Positions 33,242-39,286 of a stretch of DNA of 39,286 nt are shown here, in pieces. The position numbers and the translations under genes were made by a program. The number at the start of each line of letters is the position of its first letter. Positions within the stretch are counted from its first letter, which is position 1. Under the pieces are notes generated by a model. That model worked only from the letters and a program-made list of their open reading frames with translations. It was not told the DNA's origin and ran no database searches. Origin of the DNA: a virus; the IMG/VR virus record IMGVR_UViG_3300014957_000001. One strand, written 5' to 3'.

Positions 33242-34282
33242 TTAAGCTGGAACTATGATAGGAATTGAACCATAGTCACGTAATTCAGCAGTTCCAAAGA
33301 TACAGTCAGAGGTAACCAAGTACCCAAGATACTCTTGCTTGTATTGTTGTTGCGTACGGATAGCTTGAGCTTCAGCTAATACCATTGCATCAGGATGCAC
33401 TAACAAACATGCACGATACTTGGTATCAGTTGGAGATGATGTATTCCAGTCAACAGTCAATGCAAAATCATCTGTGTATGAAGCACCTGTTGGCGCAGTA
33501 GATGAAAACGTACCAGATTGCGTACCAGTAACACTATTAACGTGAATCCACGGACACAAACTTGATGCATAAACTTCCACGCCATACAAGTTACCAATAC
33601 GACCAGTGCGGATAGTTTTCCCATCACCGATGAAAGCCTGTTCAGTAAATCTTGCAATACCACGCAATGTTCTGATTACAGTAGGAGGAACAACAAGTCC
33701 ACATTCAGCAGTATTAACATCTGAATCCTCAAGTGTTTGCATTGCCTGTCTTAATCCAGCATCAGTTAATGCAGTTCCATTACCTGTATTAGAGTTGGCA
33801 GCACCAGAGAACAATGTGGAGCCATCACCACCGATAACACCTTTTTCATACAAGGCAGCAGCAGATACAGTTCCACCTTGAGCATATGCGCCAAGTTTAT
33901 GTAGTTCTGCATCAATTCTTTTTGCTAAGGCATAACCAGCATCTTTTGTATAGAACCTACGCATACCATCCAATGCAAGAAGATCAGCAATATCTTCATA
34001 CAACTTCGAGTATTCATAGTGTTTGTTAATGCTAATTGTTATTTCGTTAGCGGTGTCTGCAATCAGTTTAACTTGAGCATTTACAGCTTTTTCAGAGGCT
34101 TCGCCACGTCCGGGATTAGGGCGATGGATTACATCACCCTTATGTTTTTGATGTTGAAAGACTTCAACAAGATTGCGCATGACGGTCTTTGCTTCATAAG
34201 TAGCAATAGCCTCGTCTTGCCATATTTCACCAATCCATTTATCGGCAACAACACGTCCAGTATTATCAGTTCCTAGTCCCAT
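33242..34282 (-). CDS. Major capsid protein
   Basis: 346 aa, directly after the scaffold-like gene and before the terminator. AAGGAG SD. The N-terminal pattern is as in T7/N4-type HK97-fold capsid proteins. Confidence 0.8.
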   Translation of the reverse strand: MGLGTDNTGRVVADKWIGEIWQDEAIATYEAKTVMRNLVEVFQHQKHKGDVIHRPNPGRGEASEKAVNAQVKLIADTANEITISINKHYEYSKLYEDIADLLALDGMRRFYTKDAGYALAKRIDAELHKLGAYAQGGTVSAAALYEKGVIGGDGSTLFSGAANSNTGNGTALTDAGLRQAMQTLEDSDVNTAECGLVVPPTVIRTLRGIARFTEQAFIGDGKTIRTGRIGNLYGVEVYASSLCPWIHVNSVTGTQSGTFSSTAPTGASYTDDFALTVDWNTSSPTDTKYRACLLVHPDAMVLAEAQAIRTQQQYKQEYLGYLVTSDCIFGTAELRDYGSIPIIVPA

Positions 34283-34330
34283 AATAAAACTCCTTTAATT
34301 TATCTGGCACTAGAAATTAGTACCAGATTG

Positions 34331-35107
34331 TTATCTAACTCGCTTTTCCATATATGCCAGCTTGAATTCTTCAGCTCTAGCATCATATGCTTTGCGATCA
34401 TTAATCATCAATTTCATAATATCAGTGCGCCGATATATCTTCTTCGATGTTTCTCCGCTACCTCCAGAATCAACTCCAGCAGCATTCAACTGTTTATCTC
34501 TTGCACCTTTTTCGGTTTCTGAGATATTCGATTGCCGCGATGAGCGTAATTCCTTATAAGTAGAAAGTAATTCGTCAGCAGCTTCAACATCATAATCATT
34601 AGCTTGCTTAAACAACTGTTGTCTAAATTTGCTTTTACCAACCCATTCAGAGAAATTATTATCCTGAACAACTTTAGTAAAATCTGGATGCTTAATAGCC
34701 AACTGTTGCTGCGCCAATACCTTACGAGCGTTATCTGCTTGTAATGCAGCAGATTGAACCATTGGATTCTGTTCAATCGCCCTACGTATAACTTCTTTCG
34801 GATTATCGAAGATGTCCATCTCATCACTGACATCTTGTTCCGGCTGTTTCTGTACTTGCAACTGTGACTTAATCAGCTCATCAGCAAGCCTGCGAACCTC
34901 ACCAAGCTCATTCGCTTGTTTACCCATTTGATTCCGGTAAAAAAGTGCTTGCTTTGCAATTTCTGAAGGACTCTTACCTTTAAATTCTTCAGGTAGAATG
35001 TCTTCCAGTACACTTTTTGATTCGTCTCTTGCTGCACTTTCCTGTTTCTGTATTCCTTGCGAAACAGTATCAAGTTCATTTATATCTGCAAATACTTCAT
35101 TTTCCAT
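34331..35107 (-). CDS. Scaffolding protein (putative)
   Basis: 258 aa, acidic and helical with coiled-coil composition. Lies immediately upstream of the capsid gene. AAGGAG SD. Confidence 0.6.
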   Translation of the reverse strand: MENEVFADINELDTVSQGIQKQESAARDESKSVLEDILPEEFKGKSPSEIAKQALFYRNQMGKQANELGEVRRLADELIKSQLQVQKQPEQDVSDEMDIFDNPKEVIRRAIEQNPMVQSAALQADNARKVLAQQQLAIKHPDFTKVVQDNNFSEWVGKSKFRQQLFKQANDYDVEAADELLSTYKELRSSRQSNISETEKGARDKQLNAAGVDSGGSGETSKKIYRRTDIMKLMINDRKAYDARAEEFKLAYMEKRVR

Positions 35108-35149
35108 GCTTTTTCTCCTTGTATACCCTATACAGGTACTATTAGTTTT

Positions 35150-35178
35150 AAATTAACACACATAAATAATTAATGCAA
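35150..35178 (-). promoter_or_regulatory. Candidate internal promoter for the scaffold-capsid genes
   Basis: On the minus strand, TTGCAT (35178-35173), a 17-nt spacer, then TAATTT (35155-35150), in the 80-nt gap before the scaffold gene. Confidence 0.35.
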
Positions 35179-35187
35179 GTATCTATT

Positions 35188-35418
35188 TTATCTCTTTTCT
35201 TTTGCAAGTTGCCTATGCCGCTTTTCTCGAATATCTGCCCATCTATTCCATGCGCCGGGGAATCCTTCATCTGTCCCGTCAAGAATCACATTCCCAAGTC
35301 CAAGTGTTTTCTTCGCTTCTTTGCCACATGTTCCACATGGAACAATTTCAACTGTATAGTCAATAAATCGTTCCGTAATATGCCCATCAACACATTTAAA
35401 ATCACGTAACACTCTCAT
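35188..35418 (-). CDS. Small zinc-ribbon-like protein (76 aa)
   Basis: Contains CVDGH...CGTCG. Its start overlaps the upstream stop. Confidence 0.6.
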   Translation of the reverse strand: MRVLRDFKCVDGHITERFIDYTVEIVPCGTCGKEAKKTLGLGNVILDGTDEGFPGAWNRWADIREKRHRQLAKEKR

Positions 35419-35648
35419 TATTCACCTCTTTGTTGCTCAAATCCTATCTTGCTCATATCTTTTAATGAAAGCATCCAGTTCATCATAGATATTTCACCAC
35501 GTTTAAAATGTAACGTTTTTTCATCTTGAATAGACATTACATTATTTGTCGCATTAAGCATTCCTTGTATATCTTCCATTAAGTCAGCCCATGCTTCAGT
35601 ATTCATCATTGCCAAACGATTCTCATAATAACGTTGTAATTTATCCAT
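35418..35648 (-). CDS. Hypothetical protein (76 aa)
   Basis: Lies within the operon. Confidence 0.6.
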   Translation of the reverse strand: MDKLQRYYENRLAMMNTEAWADLMEDIQGMLNATNNVMSIQDEKTLHFKRGEISMMNWMLSLKDMSKIGFEQQRGE

Positions 35649-35660
35649 AATTTACCTGTA

Positions 35661-37241
35661 TTAATTGAAGTATTTCATTCTTAAAATTGCTGCTATATAT
35701 GATAAATCTGCATCAATGTTTTCATCTTCGTGAATAATATCAATATCTTGCGTATATTCAATAGGTATTGCTTCATATTGAATTTGCTGTACTTGAGCTT
35801 CTTGTATCTTTTCTTGTTTTACAGATTTTATTGCTTGTAACTTTGCTTTCTGAATCTTTAATGCAAGTTTAAGTTTTAAGATTAAATTATCTAATCCCAA
35901 ATCCTCGTTGAGTCTTATATCTTGTTCAACTAACCTAATTTCTGACTTTACTTCATCTTCTTTTTCTTCAAGTTCAAAGTAAGTAAGATCATTGAATTCT
36001 TCTTTAAATTGCTTGACAGTTTTTTTACGGGTAGGAGCAACGTATGTTTCCCATCCACTACCTTGTGCAGATGCTAGTGTTATTCCAGCCGTATAACCAC
36101 TGGCGTTTGCCGTTCCGAGAGTAGCAATTATATTTAATCCACCACCTAAAGCTATACTTGCATCAAATCCACTAGCTGTTGCAGTAGCAAGTGTAGTGGT
36201 GATAAAGAGCTGTCGATCTACATTAGCGGTAAATCCACTTGCATTTGCAGTAGCAAGTGTAGTTGTAATAGATAATTGTCTGTCTACATTAGCAGAGAAT
36301 GCACTTGCGATTGCAGTAGCAAGTGTTGCAGTTACATTAAGATCACTGCTAATATTAGCTGTAAAACCACTTGCAGTGGCGGTAGCAAGTGTAGTTGTAA
36401 TAGATAGTTGACGATCTACATTTGCTGTAAATCCGCTTGCAGTAGCCGTTCCTAATGATGTTGCGATTACAAGTTGTCGATCTATATTAGCAGTAAACCC
36501 ACTCGCATTAGCAGTAGCCAATGTGGTTGTGATATTAAGATCACTACTAGCTACACTAACAAATACCCTCCGCTCTTGGGGGGCGAATATTCGCCAAGGG
36601 TTGCGAGATATTTCTCGTGCTAAACTATCCCCGATATCCCCTTCGATAACACAAAATAAGGCACAGTCTATTTCCGATGTCCAATTGGCGTTGGTAGTGG
36701 CTCCAAGGTAATTTAAAGAATCTCCTTGTGTATATGTAGACGTCCTACAGACAATCCCATAAAACTGACCATTGTTTAAGGCCACATCTGACCTAGTTGT
36801 AGACTGCAGAACTCCGTCTAAGTATACACTTCCGAATCCCCTGAGCTTATTTTCATGGCCGGCATCCCAACCGTTACTCAAATCTATAGAGAATCCAATT
36901 GTTAATGCAGTATCTGTGGTGCTAGCCAAAAAATCTACCAAGTTGACTGAAAAAGAAGTTCTACGACTAGCAACCGCTATGACAGTTAATCCTCCCGCCG
37001 GAGGGTTCCTATCCAGAGTAATGAAATTGGTAGTTTGCGCCCTTGGGCCTGGAGCGCGTAATATCCTACCAACCGAAGCAATACTTGGTAAGATGCCGTT
37101 GAGCGCAAAAGACTTGCCAGTGGCTAGATTTATTGGGCATGAGCCGAGTACGAGGGCAGAGAGTCGAAACGGTATTTTAGAACGGTCTATTTCAACCAGA
37201 CTCTGCGGCTGGCTAGTCCACGGGATTTTACGGCGTATCAT
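35661..37241 (-). CDS. Chimeric structural-module protein: LamG/ConA-like N-terminal domain, seven 22-aa repeats, and a C-terminal coiled coil
   Basis: The N-terminus IPWTSQPQ...NPWRIFAP resembles phage LamG-jellyroll proteins. Residues 235-391 are repeats. The C-terminus is K/E/Q-rich and helical. Confidence 0.6.
   Translation of the reverse strand: MIRRKIPWTSQPQSLVEIDRSKIPFRLSALVLGSCPINLATGKSFALNGILPSIASVGRILRAPGPRAQTTNFITLDRNPPAGGLTVIAVASRRTSFSVNLVDFLASTTDTALTIGFSIDLSNGWDAGHENKLRGFGSVYLDGVLQSTTRSDVALNNGQFYGIVCRTSTYTQGDSLNYLGATTNANWTSEIDCALFCVIEGDIGDSLAREISRNPWRIFAPQERRVFVSVASSDLNITTTLATANASGFTANIDRQLVIATSLGTATASGFTANVDRQLSITTTLATATASGFTANISSDLNVTATLATAIASAFSANVDRQLSITTTLATANASGFTANVDRQLFITTTLATATASGFDASIALGGGLNIIATLGTANASGYTAGITLASAQGSGWETYVAPTRKKTVKQFKEEFNDLTYFELEEKEDEVKSEIRLVEQDIRLNEDLGLDNLILKLKLALKIQKAKLQAIKSVKQEKIQEAQVQQIQYEAIPIEYTQDIDIIHEDENIDADLSYIAAILRMKYFN
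36069..36539. repeat. Seven tandem ~66-bp (22-codon) repeats, consensus L-x-I-T-T-T-L-A-T-A-x-A-S-G-F-T-A-N-V-D-R-Q
   Basis: Read from the translation. Boundaries were placed by codon arithmetic (L235 to S391). Confidence 0.85.
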
Positions 37242-37244
37242 GAA

Positions 37245-37718
37245 TTACGCAGTCGCGCCTACATCAGATTTAGGGGTGACCTTTAACACCCAACCTATGG
37301 GAATGTTTACGCCTAGTCCGCTTTCTATGTAAAACTCACAGTCACCAGCTCCGGGAAGTGGTACATCTGTTATTTGTAATGTTTGTGTAGTCGAAGCAGT
37401 TGTCGCCGCCGAGAGTTGGAACACGCCCATGAAATGTTGCTTATTACTCACTCCAGGTATCGGTTCATCAGTAGTACCATCTACGTTCATATCCCTACGG
37501 TATAAATATATGTTTGTTGACGTAGAGGCAATCGAAGCCGTTGGGGATACAGTAAGCGTTACATCACACCTTGGGTATCTATTAAGGTTTCCCGTGAACG
37601 AAAGCAACGCCGCTGAGACATCCGCCGAGCCGCTGAACGTTGCGGCAGCCATAGAAGCCCCACTTGAAGCATGAGTAATCTGCGTTGATGTCGTTACCTT
37701 AGTTGTTGTATCAGCCAT
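37245..37718 (-). CDS. Hypothetical beta-rich protein with a Thr/Ser-rich N-terminus (157 aa from MADTTTKVTTSTQ...)
   Basis: AAGGAG SD before ATG 37718. Overlaps the glycosyltransferase stop by 8 nt. Confidence 0.6.
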   Translation of the reverse strand: MADTTTKVTTSTQITHASSGASMAAATFSGSADVSAALLSFTGNLNRYPRCDVTLTVSPTASIASTSTNIYLYRRDMNVDGTTDEPIPGVSNKQHFMGVFQLSAATTASTTQTLQITDVPLPGAGDCEFYIESGLGVNIPIGWVLKVTPKSDVGATA

Positions 37719-38358
37719 TTTTATACTCCTTCCAATTCCATGATGACCCACCTAAATGGGAGATCAACTTACTTGCATCTTGATCTAAATATACCTTATA
37801 CCCTGCTGCTCTAACTCGCTCGTAGAACGGATTGTCTTCTGTTGTGTACCCATTGTCTTCAGGGATAAACTTCGGCAAAAACCATGGCTGCGGAGTATTC
37901 TTGAATACCTCAACTTCAAACACACTCACCCCAAAGCCTGAATAAGCTATCGGCTTTAGCCCTGTTGATTTTTCCGTCGTAGCCACTCTTTTATCGTTCA
38001 GCCCAACAGCAACGAAAGAATCACATGCGTCTGTTTTTATTAGATAATTAGTGCAAACTACTGGCTGCCTACGGCCTAACATAACGTCTATTATGTGCGG
38101 CTCGAACACCATATCATCATCCAAGAACATTAGATGTGTCATACCTGAGTCAATAGCACGACGTACTAGCTTTTCCCTGTTTGTATGAATCACACTCGAT
38201 TCAACCACGTCCATTTTCACTTCAATAGTGGCCTCAGGTCGTGACGGAATAGCATTTGCGGATAGGTATCCTATAAGCCCAGCAAGTGAGTAAGCAAACC
38301 CCATCTTGACTGTCCCTGCTGTGGGAATGGCTATTACCAGCTTAATATCGTCGCTCAT
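37711..38358 (-). CDS. GT-A-fold (family 2-like) glycosyltransferase
   Basis: N-terminal strand LVIAIPTAG, DxD motif in THLMFLDDDMVF, and a distal TEDNPFYERVRAAGYKVYLD...ISHLG pattern. ATGA coupling upstream. Confidence 0.65.
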   Translation of the reverse strand: MSDDIKLVIAIPTAGTVKMGFAYSLAGLIGYLSANAIPSRPEATIEVKMDVVESSVIHTNREKLVRRAIDSGMTHLMFLDDDMVFEPHIIDVMLGRRQPVVCTNYLIKTDACDSFVAVGLNDKRVATTEKSTGLKPIAYSGFGVSVFEVEVFKNTPQPWFLPKFIPEDNGYTTEDNPFYERVRAAGYKVYLDQDASKLISHLGGSSWNWKEYKNG

Positions 38359-38837
38359 TGTGCGTTAAATATAGAAGCGACTTCGGTCAAGTCAATGCTG
38401 CCGACGTAGGTGCGGTCTTTAGCAGTAACAGTGCCTGTTGTTTTATCCGTTCCACCAAGAACAACTTCAACAACACGCATGTTCTCCGTGCCTGCCTGCA
38501 AAATTTTCTCTGCATTACTACCAGCGGTTGCTGACCCCCATACATCTACTACCCAATCCCTAACTTTTTTACGAGTGAAGTCTCTAGTCTGCGCGAGGAA
38601 GAAGCCCCATGAGTCCCGTTTACCTGCCGCGATGCTGTCGAATGTGCTGTAACTTGGAGCGTCATCCGATACGACCGCAGGAACAGATGTCTTCCACGCC
38701 AGCACAGGCGGCGATGCATATGCTGCGAGAGCGTTGGCTATAAACCCGTAATCTGTTCCCGGGCCAGATGTGTACGTAACCAACACCGGGTCAGCCAATA
38801 CATACGCTTTAACTACTGCTTTTTGTTCTGGTGTCAT
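38355..38837 (-). CDS. Hypothetical protein (160 aa)
   Basis: AAAGGA SD. G+C-richer. Coupled to the glycosyltransferase gene. Confidence 0.6.
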   Translation of the reverse strand: MTPEQKAVVKAYVLADPVLVTYTSGPGTDYGFIANALAAYASPPVLAWKTSVPAVVSDDAPSYSTFDSIAAGKRDSWGFFLAQTRDFTRKKVRDWVVDVWGSATAGSNAEKILQAGTENMRVVEVVLGGTDKTTGTVTAKDRTYVGSIDLTEVASIFNAQ

Positions 38838-38848
38838 GATTTATCCTT

Positions 38849-39286
38849 TTATGCTTGTGATAATGCGAATGAACCAGATGCGTTCAATGTGATATTTACA
38901 GCTCCAGCTACTAATGATGCTGCACCAGTTGAACTTATTTCAAGATAACCAATCGCTCGTTTATTAGCATCAGTATTATTGTATATAATACCGTAAGCAC
39001 CATTAGTGAAACCGGATGCATCTTGAGCTAATTGCATTACTGTATCAGCCCAATCCATGCTTGCACCTGTAGATGTTAATGTCCATGCTTCAGATGTAAG
39101 AACTAATGGGCCAGTATAACTTGTGCCAGTTGTAGCCACTTGATTTGTAGCGAAATTTGTAGTTCCTGTTCCGCCCCAATGAGGCGCAGCAGTATTTACA
39201 GCAGGAACTGTTGCTGTTGTAACAATCCCCATGCGCCAATCATCACTATCAAGATCATGTATCTTATTTCCAAGATCATGCAATCC
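38849..39286 (-). CDS. Body and 3' end of the junction-spanning gene (156 aa in total): Thr/Gly/Ala-rich beta-type virion-module protein
   Basis: The ORF is open to the window end. Its true start is ATG 111-109 in the first copy of the overlap. Confidence 0.75.
   Translation of the reverse strand, partial: GLHDLGNKIHDLDSDDWRMGIVTTATVPAVNTAAPHWGGTGTTNFATNQVATTGTSYTGPLVLTSEAWTLTSTGASMDWADTVMQLAQDASGFTNGAYGIIYNNTDANKRAIGYLEISSTGAASLVAGAVNITLNASGSFALSQA
39209..39286. repeat. Terminal overlap copy 2 (identical to 1-78)
   Basis: 78/78 identity with the window start. Confidence 0.95.

Noticed and set aside
36772-37332. 186-aa plus-strand ORF (and 36196-36411, 36523-36711) opposite the LamG-repeat gene.
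   Set aside because: It lies antisense to a coupled operon gene and spans a gene boundary. The open frame is explained by the repetitive, G+C-richer coding sequence on the other strand.
1-39286. The window as a prophage embedded in host DNA.
   Set aside because: The two ends are identical and a gene crosses the junction. Every region is phage-like and no host flanks are present.

Overview
The window is one complete tailed-phage dsDNA genome of about 39.2 kb. Bases 1-78 are repeated exactly at 39209-39286 and one gene reads across that junction, so the sequence is circularly closed or terminally redundant. The genome is A+T-rich and tightly packed, and looks podovirus-like: T7 gp11/gp12-like adaptor and nozzle candidates, three large internal-virion-like proteins, and no tape measure, sheath or tube genes. 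Host signals point to a Gram-negative (proteobacterial) host: a lipobox lipoprotein in the lysis cassette, a GH108-type muramidase, lambda NinG- and P-like proteins, and an SSB ending in DDIPF. There are four transcription blocks. (1) A long minus-strand late operon runs from 5235 down to 123, wraps through the junction, and continues from 39286 down to 20900. Its order is HTH, Zn-ribbon, terS, terL, portal, a G+C-richer accessory block with a glycosyltransferase, scaffold, capsid, internal proteins, adaptor/nozzle, fibre, lysis. (2) A plus-strand early block of small genes at 6064-8375. (3) A minus-strand replication block at 13502-8372 (Cro-like, DUF1376 O-like, P-like, NinG, Toprim-DUF3987). 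(4) A plus-strand recombination/nucleotide block at 13665-20567 (Rad52-like, Gp157-like, SSB, dUTPase, moron-like cassettes), ending in tRNA-Trp. I recognised no integrase, CI-type repressor, DNA polymerase or RNA polymerase. The most unusual feature is a 285-codon intein splitting the terminase large subunit at its nuclease motif. The HNH homing-endonuclease gene of this intein is encoded out of frame, fully nested inside the intein-coding sequence, and both frames stay open. Other items of interest are the compositionally distinct glycosyltransferase block between portal and scaffold, iterons inside the O-like gene, a repeat-rich 0.8-kb control region, and moron-like cassettes next to the tRNA. 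All family assignments come from motifs read by eye and need HMM or BLAST confirmation.
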